A stretch of 32,000 nucleotides of DNA from Candidatus Omnitrophota bacterium. GTDB lineage: Bacteria; Omnitrophota; Gorgyraeia; Duberdicusellales; 4484-171. Every line of letters starts with the position of its first letter. The first letter of the stretch is position 1. The DNA is taken from contig JAIPHU010000011.1 of the NCBI GenBank assembly GCA_021735045.1, positions 5,466 through 37,465 on the forward strand. Reading direction: 5' to 3'. Both the position numbers and the translations under genes were made by a program. The notes beneath the pieces are model-generated. The model ran no database searches, was not told where the DNA came from, and saw only the letters and a program-made list of their open reading frames with translations. Below, in pieces: positions 8,264 to 17,052 of this stretch.

Positions 8264-9421
8264 ATGAAAGAAATGATATCTAAGCATGTAGAAAAGATGG
8301 CTCCTTCAGGGATAAGGGAGTTTTTTGATTTAGTTTTAGGTATGCCCGATGTTATATCCTTAGGAGTGGGGGAACCGGACTTTATTACTCCTTGGAGGAT
8401 TAGGGAAAAAGCTATTACTGCTTTAGAAGAAGGAGTTACTTCATATACTTCAAATCAAGGCTTATTTCTGCTGAGGGATTCCATAGCTGACCACCTAAAA
8501 ACTCAGTACAGATTAAATTATAAGCCGGATAAAGAAATTTTGATTACCGTAGGAGTAAGTGAGGGCCTAGATTTATCACTCAGGGCTATTCTTGAACCTA
8601 AAGACAAAGTAATTGTAGTTGCCCCTTATTATGTTGCTTATCCGGCTTTGGTTGAATTAAATCATGGCAAAGTTTTATTGCTTGAAACTAAGCAAGAAGA
8701 TAACTTTAAGATTGATCCAAAAAAATTATCCCAACTTCTAAAACAAAATCCTAAAGCAATAATATTAAACTATCCTTCAAACCCTAGTGGAGCAACCTAT
8801 ACAGCCCCAGAGCTAAAAAAAATATGGAATCTTTTAGCTAAAAAAGAGCTTATCGTTATAAGCGATGAAACTTATGACCTACTTACTTATGGTCAAAAAC
8901 ATATTTGTTTTCCTAGTTTGGCTAAATCAGCAAAAGAAAAAACTATTCTTTTGAACGGTTTTTCTAAAGGACATGCTATGACTGGATTCCGGGTAGGGTT
9001 TGCTTGTGGGAGTTCTGAAATTATTCAAGCTATGACAAAGATACATTCTTATTCTGTAATGTGCGGGCCGGTTATATCTCAAGTTGCAGCTACCGAGGCT
9101 TTATTAGCAAAAAAAGAGGTTAAAACTATGAAAACCGAATATATGCGAAGAAGAGATTTTTTAGTAGAAGAGTTGGGTAGATTGGGTTTTTCGGTTTCAT
9201 TGCCTCAAGGAGCATTTTATTGTTTTGCTTCTTTAGAGAAATTTAAATTCAACTCTTTAGATTTTGCCAAAAAACTATTAGTTAAAGAAAAAGTAGCTGT
9301 TGTTCCCGGCTTAGCTTTTGGTAAAAATTATAAAAAATATATCCGCTTATCTTATGCCAACTCTTTAGATAATCTCAAAGAAGCTATTGTAAGGATAGAA
9401 AGATTTTTAAAAAGTTTATAA
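8264..9421 (+). CDS. Class I/II PLP-dependent aminotransferase (AspC/AlaT-like)
   Basis: LGVGEPDF, NYPSNPSG, SDETY, and FSKGHAMTGFRVG with the PLP lysine in SK. RLSYA near the C-terminus. Confidence 0.88.
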   Translation: MKEMISKHVEKMAPSGIREFFDLVLGMPDVISLGVGEPDFITPWRIREKAITALEEGVTSYTSNQGLFLLRDSIADHLKTQYRLNYKPDKEILITVGVSEGLDLSLRAILEPKDKVIVVAPYYVAYPALVELNHGKVLLLETKQEDNFKIDPKKLSQLLKQNPKAIILNYPSNPSGATYTAPELKKIWNLLAKKELIVISDETYDLLTYGQKHICFPSLAKSAKEKTILLNGFSKGHAMTGFRVGFACGSSEIIQAMTKIHSYSVMCGPVISQVAATEALLAKKEVKTMKTEYMRRRDFLVEELGRLGFSVSLPQGAFYCFASLEKFKFNSLDFAKKLLVKEKVAVVPGLAFGKNYKKYIRLSYANSLDNLKEAIVRIERFLKSL

Positions 9422-9467
9422 ATCCACCAGATATTTTCAGCTGGTTAAACCTAGTCTAAATCAAAAA

Positions 9468-11843
9468 ATGAATAAAAAGATATCTATAGTTGTGGCTATT
9501 CTATTTTTTCTTGGCTGTAGTGGTGTTATTGACCAAACCAACTTAGCCGGCATTAATTCTTTGGACCAACTAGAGAAAAAATATGATTATTTATCTAGGC
9601 AGTATCAGAAGAAATTAAGAAAAGATCCCAATAATAAAAAATTACGTCTAAAGCTAGCGAATTTTTACTATAAGTTTAGGGATTATCAAAAGATTGAGAA
9701 TATCCTTAGCAATATAGATAGCTATAAGGCAAGACGACTTTTAGCCAAGTCATTGGCTAAGCAAAAAAAATATGACCAAGCTATAGAAGTTTATCAAATA
9801 ATAAAAGATAAGTTAAAAGACCCAGAAGGGTTATTTTTGTATGGAGAAACCTTAGAACAAAAAAACTTATTTCCCAAAGCTTTAGAAATATATGCTAAGG
9901 TGGGAAAACCCTATGCCAGAGAAGCTAATAAAAAAATTAAGTCTATACAAAAAAAGATAGCTAATATCGTCCCTGAGGGTATCAAACAACTATCTAAACA
10001 AGCTGAAAGTTTTCTTGCTAAAACTAAAGATGAAGCAGCAGTAATACTTTCAGTAGATGAATCAATTGAAATTTTACCAAATCATACCTCTGTCTCTACC
10101 ATCTGTGTTGTTAAACAAGTTTTAAAAGAGAGGGGCAAGGAGTTAGCTGAAGTAAAAATTGGTTACGATTCAACTTATGAAAAGATAGAGCTTGAATATG
10201 CCAGAACAATAACTAAAGATAAAAAAGTAGTTTCTGTTGGAAAAGAAAATATTCGTGATGTAAGCAGATACCTTGATTTTCCGCTTTATAGTAACTCTAG
10301 GGCATTTATTATATCTATGCCGTCAGTTGGTATAGGGTCTTATCTAGAATACAAGGTTAAAATCTATTCTTCAAAACTCATAGCTAAAGATAACTTTAAT
10401 TTTATTTATCGGCTTAGAGAAAAATATCCGATATTTAAAGCTAACTTCAAACTCACCGTTCCTAAAGACAAAGAAGTTAATATTAAGTTTTTTAACCAAA
10501 ACCAAGCTAAAGATATTAGCCTGGAGCCACTTTTAGAAAGGGGCAGAAAAAAGAAAATATATAGCTGGAGCTTTAAACAGTTAAACTCAATAGTGCCTGA
10601 ATACAATATGCCGCCTTTTCCTTACATTAATCCTGCGATTTTGGTTTCTAGTTTTTCTTCTTGGCAAGAAATCTATAGCTGGTGGTTTTCTTTATACGCT
10701 GATAAACTGCAAACAACTTTAGAGATGGAAAGATTATTAAAAGATCTTATCAAAGATAAAAAAACCAATAAAGATAAAGCAAAAGCAATTTATGAATATG
10801 TAGCTAAAAATATCCGCTATGTAGCAGTTGAATATGGTGATAGCGGGTACCAACCACATTCAGCCAGTGAGGTATTTGTTAATAAATATGGTGATTGTAA
10901 AGACCAAGCTGTTCTTTTGGTGGCTTTGCTCCAAGAAGCTGGCTTGGATGCTTACCCTGTGCTTATTCCTACCCGAAGCAGTTACCCGATTAATAAAAAT
11001 TTTCCTTCCATTAATTTTAATCATGCTATAGCAGCTACCCGTATTGATGGTAACTTTATATTTATGGATCCTACTTCAAACACTACCCCTTTTGGCCAGA
11101 TTCCTTTGCCAGATCAAGATAGAGCAGTTCTTTTGTTTTTAAAAGAAGGCTATAAGGTCTTAAAGACTCCCTCTAGCAAAGATAATGGGATAGAATATTT
11201 AATGGATATCAATATTGATGAATCAGAAGATGCTGAAATAACACGGGAAGTATCTACCAAAGGTTATTATGCTTCAGGCTACAGGAGTTATCTAAAATAT
11301 ACTCATCCTTCTAGAATCAAAGAAGATATTAGCCAAAAAATGGTAGAGATATCTCCTTTTTCCCATCTTCTTAATTTAACTGTTAAAAATGAAAAAGATT
11401 TAGATAAACAGCCTTTATTAATCTATAGTTTTGTTGCTGATAATTTTTTAAGCCCTTCTGGGGCATTTCGCATCCTTGAGCCTTTGGATCAATTTAATTT
11501 TAAGGCTAGCCTCATCAGTAAAGAAGAAAGAAATTTTCCCATAGATTTTGGAGGAATATTTTCTAAAACGGCTCGAATCAAAGTTGTCTTGCCTCCCAAT
11601 ATAAAAGTAAAATATTTACCGGATTCTAAAAATTTTGAAAATAAGTGGTTTAGCTTAAATACCAACTATAAAAGTAAAGAACAAACTATTAATTTCTCTC
11701 AAATTTTTTCAGTAAAAAAGAGATTTGTTTCTAAAAAAGAATATCAAGATTTTAGAAAAAAGTTTAAAGAAATAATTTATTATCTAAAAGGACAAATAAT
11801 TTTAAAAACCGAAAAAACCAAGCGGGTAGATAATGACAGATAA
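9468..11843 (+). CDS. Lipoprotein with TPR-like N-terminal region, DUF3857-like region and transglutaminase-like cysteine protease core
   Basis: Lipobox FFLGC at the N-terminus. The transglutaminase triad context is YGDCKDQAVLLVALL (Cys), NHAIAA (His) and FMDPT (Asp). Confidence 0.8.
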   Translation: MNKKISIVVAILFFLGCSGVIDQTNLAGINSLDQLEKKYDYLSRQYQKKLRKDPNNKKLRLKLANFYYKFRDYQKIENILSNIDSYKARRLLAKSLAKQKKYDQAIEVYQIIKDKLKDPEGLFLYGETLEQKNLFPKALEIYAKVGKPYAREANKKIKSIQKKIANIVPEGIKQLSKQAESFLAKTKDEAAVILSVDESIEILPNHTSVSTICVVKQVLKERGKELAEVKIGYDSTYEKIELEYARTITKDKKVVSVGKENIRDVSRYLDFPLYSNSRAFIISMPSVGIGSYLEYKVKIYSSKLIAKDNFNFIYRLREKYPIFKANFKLTVPKDKEVNIKFFNQNQAKDISLEPLLERGRKKKIYSWSFKQLNSIVPEYNMPPFPYINPAILVSSFSSWQEIYSWWFSLYADKLQTTLEMERLLKDLIKDKKTNKDKAKAIYEYVAKNIRYVAVEYGDSGYQPHSASEVFVNKYGDCKDQAVLLVALLQEAGLDAYPVLIPTRSSYPINKNFPSINFNHAIAATRIDGNFIFMDPTSNTTPFGQIPLPDQDRAVLLFLKEGYKVLKTPSSKDNGIEYLMDINIDESEDAEITREVSTKGYYASGYRSYLKYTHPSRIKEDISQKMVEISPFSHLLNLTVKNEKDLDKQPLLIYSFVADNFLSPSGAFRILEPLDQFNFKASLISKEERNFPIDFGGIFSKTARIKVVLPPNIKVKYLPDSKNFENKWFSLNTNYKSKEQTINFSQIFSVKKRFVSKKEYQDFRKKFKEIIYYLKGQIILKTEKTKRVDNDR

Positions 11844-13824
11844 TAACCGAAGAAGGTATATAAGGCTTTCTACTGTTTTACCGGTAGAGTTTTTTATAGC
11901 CGATAAAAATGGGAAAAAGATTACGCCTTGGATTCAAGGGTTTACTCATGATATTGGTAGGGGTGGGATATGCCTTGTGGTTAATGATCTTTGGTGGGGG
12001 TTTTGGGATAAGTTTAACCGCACTCAGAACAAAATATTTCTCCGGATAAAACTTCCTTTTAAAAAAGAACCGTTATTTTTAGAGGCAGCTATTCGGTGGA
12101 AAGAATCAGAAGAATTGAAAAAGTTTAAACAGTACAGAGTTGGTTTAGAATTTATAAGCTCTAAAAAGAAAAAAGCTGCTCCAATATTCAGGTTTGCCAT
12201 ATTTAAAAAAGTCGCGCCGGTGGTAGTGGTATCAATTCTAACCGGTTTTATTTTATTTTCATCATTTTTGTTTTGGAAGACAAATCGCTTGGCTCAGGAA
12301 AATCGTCGTCTGGTAAGTGATCATATAGAGATATTGCAGAAGAACTCTTTTCTTGCCCAAAACTTAAAAGATAATAAACAAGCCCAAGAATTTCTTGCTA
12401 AAAGGAAGAACCAGCTAGGTGAAAAGATAACTAATTTAGAAGAAACTATTTCAAATTTAAAAAAAGAATATAAAGAACTTAAAGATATCCAGAAAAAAAA
12501 TCAACAACAATCCTTAGAGCTAATTGCCCTTGAGGAAAAATTAAATGAATATAATCAGCGGTTAGACTCTTTAAAAAGAGAAAATGAATTTTTAAAAAGT
12601 AAAATCAAAGAGAAAAAAAGATTAACTGCAGAAATCCAAGAAGAAGCCCAGGAGCTTAAGGGAATAAAACACAGAGTTACAGAAAAAGTAATAGCTGGGA
12701 TGCATGATTGGATTAGACACCGTCAAGATTTAGTAAAAGGGTTGATTTTAAGTTATGAAGGCGACAGTAGCCTAAGAGAAGTGTGTTTTACTTATGACCA
12801 GGCTTTAGCAGCTTTTGTTTTTCTAAACTATGGAGAAATAGATAGGGCTCAAAAGGTTTTGGATTTTTATCTTAATCAAATAAACCAGGGTAAAAAGATT
12901 TATAATGCTTATTTTACCGACGGTGGGGTTTTTGAATATGTTCTCCACAGTGGGCCCCAGGCCTGGATTGGCCTTGCCGCTTTAAACTATAGAGAGAAAA
13001 CAAAAAGTAAAAGGTATATTAAAGTTGCTAATGAAGTGGCGGATTTTCTTATTAGGATGCAAGATAAAGAAGGAGGTATTGTTGGAGGCCCAAAAGTGAG
13101 TTGGTACTCTACTGAACATAATTTAGATGCGTATGCTTTTTTTAGATTACTTTATAAACAAACCGGAAAGAGAGAGTATGAGAAGGTTGCTAACAAGGTC
13201 AAAAAGTGGATTTCTAAATATTCCTATACCCAATATAAAATACCCATAAATAGAGGTAAAGGGGATTCTACTATAGCCACAGATACCTATACCTGGTCAA
13301 TAACAGCATTAGGGCCGCAAACTTTATATTCAATGGGGATGGATCCAGAAGAGATTTTAAAGTTTGCAGAAAATAATTGTAAAGTTACTGTTAATTTTGA
13401 ATATGATAATAGAAAGGTAAAAGTTGAAGGGTTTGATTTTGCTAAGGCTAAACATGCAGCTCGCGGCGGAGTTATCTCTGGTGAATGGACTTCTCAGATG
13501 ATTTTAGCTTATGAAGTGATGGCTGATTATTTTAAGCAGAAAGATACAAAGAAATATAAAGAGTATTTGGCTAAAGCTTATTTTTATTCTAATCAATTAC
13601 AGAAGATGATAATAACTTCTCCTTCTCGGGCCGGAAGGATAGAACCCTGTCTTCCTTATGCATCTAGCCCTTATGTTAATACCGGTCATGGCTGGCGAAC
13701 TCCACGGGGAAGCAGAACAGGTTCTTTAGCCTCAACTGCTTATTTTTTGATAGCTTACAATGGATATAATCCTCTCAGAGGAGAATTTTTAGATGTATCG
13801 CTTAAAATCAAAGATGAAAAATAA
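11833..13824 (+). CDS. PilZ domain / TM / coiled-coil / C-terminal alpha-alpha-toroid-like domain protein
   Basis: N-terminal RRRYIRLS ... DIGRGGICL resembles the PilZ RxxxR and DxSxxG motifs. One hydrophobic helix (VVVVSILTGFILFSSFLFW) is followed by a long heptad-rich K/E/L segment. The C-terminal region has repeated aromatic/acidic helices (FTYDQALAAFVFL, WYSTEHNLDAYAFF). It overlaps the upstream gene by 11 nt. Confidence 0.65.
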   Translation: MTDNNRRRYIRLSTVLPVEFFIADKNGKKITPWIQGFTHDIGRGGICLVVNDLWWGFWDKFNRTQNKIFLRIKLPFKKEPLFLEAAIRWKESEELKKFKQYRVGLEFISSKKKKAAPIFRFAIFKKVAPVVVVSILTGFILFSSFLFWKTNRLAQENRRLVSDHIEILQKNSFLAQNLKDNKQAQEFLAKRKNQLGEKITNLEETISNLKKEYKELKDIQKKNQQQSLELIALEEKLNEYNQRLDSLKRENEFLKSKIKEKKRLTAEIQEEAQELKGIKHRVTEKVIAGMHDWIRHRQDLVKGLILSYEGDSSLREVCFTYDQALAAFVFLNYGEIDRAQKVLDFYLNQINQGKKIYNAYFTDGGVFEYVLHSGPQAWIGLAALNYREKTKSKRYIKVANEVADFLIRMQDKEGGIVGGPKVSWYSTEHNLDAYAFFRLLYKQTGKREYEKVANKVKKWISKYSYTQYKIPINRGKGDSTIATDTYTWSITALGPQTLYSMGMDPEEILKFAENNCKVTVNFEYDNRKVKVEGFDFAKAKHAARGGVISGEWTSQMILAYEVMADYFKQKDTKKYKEYLAKAYFYSNQLQKMIITSPSRAGRIEPCLPYASSPYVNTGHGWRTPRGSRTGSLASTAYFLIAYNGYNPLRGEFLDVSLKIKDEK

Positions 13825-14728
13825 GCAATTTAAATCGGGATTTATAACAATTTTAGGTAGGCCCAACGTTGGCAAATCAACTTTGCTTAATGCTGTTTTA
13901 GGCCAAAAAATTAGTATTGTTTCACCTATTCCCCAAACTACTCGTTTTCAACTAAAAGGAATATTAAATCAAAAAAACTCACAGATTGTATTTGTAGATA
14001 CTCCGGGAATTCATCTGTTTAAAGAAAAGTTTGCCTATCATCTTAATAAAGTTTCTCTAGCTTCGCTAGCTGAAATAGATTTAATTTTATATGTAGTAGA
14101 TGTAAGTAGGCCGCCGGGCCAAGAAGAAAAGAAGATAATAGATATAGTAGCTCGGCAAAAAAGTAAAGTAGTTATGGTCTTAAACAAAAGCGATCTAGGT
14201 AGAAAGTATTTAAATGATTATATTGAGCTGTGGCAGGAAAAAATAGAAAATATACAAGTTCAGGATCCTTTGATTTACTATATTCCTGTTTCTGCTAAGA
14301 TAGGGAAAAATATTGAAAAACTAAAAGATGTTTTATTAGAACTAACCCCTAGAGGGCATCCCTTTTATGATAAAGATAGTTCAACTGACCTTCCTGATAA
14401 ATATCGTGCTGCGGATATAATCAGAGAAAAATTATTTTTAAAAACTAAACAAGAAATTCCTCATGCAGTTGCAGTTGAAGTAAAAGAAATTCAAGCCAAG
14501 GAAAGAAGTGTTTATATCTTAGCTCATATCTATATTCAAAGGAGTTCACAGAAAAAAATTATTATTGGCAAAGACGGAGGGTTACTTAAAGAGGTTGGCA
14601 TAGAAGCTAGGCGAGACTTAGAAAATATCTATAACAAAAAAACTTATTTAGACTTATGGGTGAAAACAGAAAAAGATTGGCAAAATAACCGCAGGATTTT
14701 ACAGGATTTAGGTTACTGGATAAATTAG
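13814..14728 (+). CDS. era: GTPase Era
   Basis: G1 GRPNVGKST, G3 DTPG, G4 NKSD and a C-terminal KH domain. I start it at ATG 13814 (MKNKQFKSGF...), overlapping the upstream stop by 11 nt. Confidence 0.92.
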   Translation: MKNKQFKSGFITILGRPNVGKSTLLNAVLGQKISIVSPIPQTTRFQLKGILNQKNSQIVFVDTPGIHLFKEKFAYHLNKVSLASLAEIDLILYVVDVSRPPGQEEKKIIDIVARQKSKVVMVLNKSDLGRKYLNDYIELWQEKIENIQVQDPLIYYIPVSAKIGKNIEKLKDVLLELTPRGHPFYDKDSSTDLPDKYRAADIIREKLFLKTKQEIPHAVAVEVKEIQAKERSVYILAHIYIQRSSQKKIIIGKDGGLLKEVGIEARRDLENIYNKKTYLDLWVKTEKDWQNNRRILQDLGYWIN

Positions 14729-14756
14729 GGGGTCAGGTCTCCACTCTTGACAAAAA

Positions 14757-14777
14757 CCCGCAGACGTCCTACTTTCG
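14757..14777. repeat. 21-nt direct repeat CCCGCAGACGTCCTACTTTCG, copy 1 (upstream of nitroreductase)
   Basis: Identical 21-mer at 15350..15370. This copy overlaps a candidate promoter, TTGACA (14747..14752), 17 nt, TACTTT (14770..14775). Confidence 0.8.
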
Positions 14778-14837
14778 CCAAATATAGGACATTTGTTTTT
14801 GCTTATTTAGATACATCCTACAATGAGGAGGTTAGTA

Positions 14838-15338
14838 ATGGGAAAAACTGATATATTAAAATTAATGAAAAATAGGCGTTCTATTAGAAAATTTCAAGAC
14901 AAAGAGATCTCTGTACAAGCTATAAAAGAATCATTAGAAGCAGCTCGTTGGGCGCCTTCAGGCCTCAACAATCAACCTTGGAAATTTATGATATTAGAGC
15001 AAGATAAAAAAGATTCCTTAGCTAAATATACAAAATTTGGCCAAGTGATAAAACAAGCTAATAAATTAATCATAGTTTTCCTTAATAAAGAAAAACTATA
15101 CAGTTATAAAAAAGACTTAATGGCGATTGGTGCTGCTATTCAAAATATTCTTATCTATCTTCAAAGCCAGAATGTAGGGAGTTGTTGGTTGGGTGAGATT
15201 ATAAACCAAGCAGAGCAAGTTCAGAACAAGCTGCAGGTACCGCCAGAGTTAGAATTTGTGGCGGCTATTGCAGCGGGGGTACCTCAAGAAGAAGTAAAAA
15301 TCACAGAACGTAGATCCCTGGAAGACCTAATCCTTTAA
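14838..15338 (+). CDS. Nitroreductase family protein (FMN-dependent)
   Basis: RRSIRKF, AARWAPSGLNNQPW and the AIQN...GSCW pattern. The GGAGG at 14828..14832 sits 5 nt before ATG 14838, so I prefer 14838 over 14823 as the start. Confidence 0.82.
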   Translation: MGKTDILKLMKNRRSIRKFQDKEISVQAIKESLEAARWAPSGLNNQPWKFMILEQDKKDSLAKYTKFGQVIKQANKLIIVFLNKEKLYSYKKDLMAIGAAIQNILIYLQSQNVGSCWLGEIINQAEQVQNKLQVPPELEFVAAIAAGVPQEEVKITERRSLEDLIL

Positions 15339-15349
15339 AAAACCAAATT

Positions 15350-15413
15350 CCCGCAGACGTCCTACTTTCGGTAAAAGTAGACGTCCTATATTTGCCAGAT
15401 ATAGGACGTCTGC
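15350..15413. repeat. 21-nt direct repeat copy 2 plus adjacent hairpins sharing the AGACGTCCTA word
   Basis: The 21-mer lies at 15350..15370. A small hairpin pairs CTACTTT (15362..15368) with AAAGTAG (15374..15380). A perfect 13-bp inverted repeat pairs AGACGTCCTATAT (15379..15391) with ATATAGGACGTCT (15399..15411), separated by 7 nt. Confidence 0.8.
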
Positions 15414-15460
15414 AAAGGTACACCCTATAAAAGAAATAGTTTAAAGATTAGAAAAATATC

Positions 15461-15488
15461 TTGACGCAAAAAAGAAAACTAGTAAAAT
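15461..15488 (+). promoter_or_regulatory. Candidate sigma70-type promoter of the PKS operon
   Basis: TTGACG (15461..15466), 16-nt spacer, TAAAAT (15483..15488), about 25 nt upstream of ATG 15514. Confidence 0.5.
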
Positions 15489-15498
15489 TTTACTAGTT
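15477..15498. promoter_or_regulatory. Perfect 22-bp palindrome AACTAGTAAAATTTTACTAGTT overlapping the -10 element (operator-like)
   Basis: I checked self-complementarity base by base. It spans the -10 hexamer and the predicted transcription start. Confidence 0.55.
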
Positions 15499-15513
15499 AA
15501 AAAAAGTAAAAAT

Positions 15514-17031
15514 ATGCAAATAGCCAAATTATTAGCCCAAAAAAGCAAAAAATACCCTAAAAAAGCAGCTTTTATCTGTAAAGATCTGCCTGTATCATTT
15601 GCTCAGTTGAAAGATAAAAGTTTTAGTATTGCTAACTATCTTTTAGAGTTGGGGCCAATAAAAAGTAAAAAAGTTGCAGTCTATCTGCCTAATTTGCCCG
15701 ATACGGTTTTTAGTATCTTTGGAGTTTTGTCTGCGGGAGGGGTATTGGTTCCCCTTGACTATATGTTGACAGAAATTGAAATCATAAATTTCATCAATCA
15801 TTCTCAAGCTCAGGTTTTGATTATTCAGCCTAAAAAAGAAGTTAGCCTAGATTGGGTTAAACAACAGTGCCCGGGTTTAAAAAAAATAGTTATTTCTGGG
15901 TCAGAGTCTAAAGAATTTACTTCTATTTCAGATATCTTTACCAAGAGTTTTCTAGATTTTCCTCAAAGCTCAGTTAAAGACCAGGATGATGCTGCGATAT
16001 TTTATACTTCAGGTTCAACCGGTCACCCCAAAGGAGTGGCCTTAACCTATCAACACCTGATAAACCCTATTGAGGTTATTGATAACTATTTAACTGTTAG
16101 TTGCAAAGATGTATTTTTGTGCGGGGGGATACCTTTTTCTCATATTGGCGGTTTAGACTTTATTCTATTTATGCTTTACTTTGGCTTTACCCTTATTTTG
16201 ATGGAAAGATTCCAGCCGTTAGATTTCTTAAGAAATATTCAAAAACATAAAGTAACTTTATTTTGCGTGGTGCCGGCTATGTTTATGGCTATACTTTTTC
16301 TAAAAGGGGCAAAAAAGTTCGACTTGTCTTTTCTGAAATATGCTGTGGTTTTTGGAGCGCCTTCTTCACCGGCGGTATTAAAGAGGTTTCATAAACTTTG
16401 CCCTAATGCTCAGTTACGCAATGGTTGGGGCATGACCGAGACATCTGCACCTAACAGTTATTCGCCGGCAGATCAAAATAAACTTTCTAGCATCGGCCGT
16501 TTTGATTTTAATCTGGAAGCAAAAATTGTTGATAACCAAGGTAGTCAGGTACCTCAAGGCAACAAAGGTGAGTTGTGGGTTAGAGGCAAAGGCGTTATGA
16601 AAGGTTACTATCGGGAACCAAAGTTAACCAAGCAGGTATTGACTGAAGACAGATGGCTAAAAACCGGAGATATAGCTAAAAAAGATAAAGAAGGTTTTTT
16701 TTATATAGTTGGGAGAAAAAAAGAGATGATTAAAGTAGCTGGAGAAATTGTATTTTCTCCGGAGGTAGAAAACGTTATTCAAAAATTTCCGGGGGTAGTT
16801 GAGGTAGCCGTTGTTGGCAAAAAGGATAAACTAAGAGGAGAGGTTCCCAAAGCCTTTTTAGTAGTGGATAAATCAGATCAGTTTGATAACCAGAAGTTTA
16901 GGGATTTTTTAAAACAGCACCTAGCTCACTTTAAGATCCCTCAGAGTTTTGAATTTTGCGAAAAACTGCCTAAAAATAGAACTGGAAAGATAGATAAATT
17001 GAAGTTAACAAAAACTATAAAGATATCTTAA
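15514..17031 (+). CDS. AMP-dependent acyl-CoA/acyl-ACP ligase (adenylate-forming superfamily)
   Basis: YTSGSTGHPKGV, GWGMTET, TGD, GRKKEMIKVAGE and PKNRTGKIDK core motifs. Confidence 0.9.
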   Translation: MQIAKLLAQKSKKYPKKAAFICKDLPVSFAQLKDKSFSIANYLLELGPIKSKKVAVYLPNLPDTVFSIFGVLSAGGVLVPLDYMLTEIEIINFINHSQAQVLIIQPKKEVSLDWVKQQCPGLKKIVISGSESKEFTSISDIFTKSFLDFPQSSVKDQDDAAIFYTSGSTGHPKGVALTYQHLINPIEVIDNYLTVSCKDVFLCGGIPFSHIGGLDFILFMLYFGFTLILMERFQPLDFLRNIQKHKVTLFCVVPAMFMAILFLKGAKKFDLSFLKYAVVFGAPSSPAVLKRFHKLCPNAQLRNGWGMTETSAPNSYSPADQNKLSSIGRFDFNLEAKIVDNQGSQVPQGNKGELWVRGKGVMKGYYREPKLTKQVLTEDRWLKTGDIAKKDKEGFFYIVGRKKEMIKVAGEIVFSPEVENVIQKFPGVVEVAVVGKKDKLRGEVPKAFLVVDKSDQFDNQKFRDFLKQHLAHFKIPQSFEFCEKLPKNRTGKIDKLKLTKTIKIS

Positions 17032-17052
17032 AGCGAGGAGGATAAATTAATT

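Noticed and set aside
13793-13813. Upstream in-frame start codons giving longer versions of era (13793), the amidohydrolase (27494), the cyclase (TTG 22741), the exonuclease (TTG 6848) and the nitroreductase (14823).
   Set aside because: The extensions overlap the preceding genes or repeats and add non-conserved basic or odd residues. The downstream ATGs give canonical N-termini and ATGA-type coupling or better RBS spacing.
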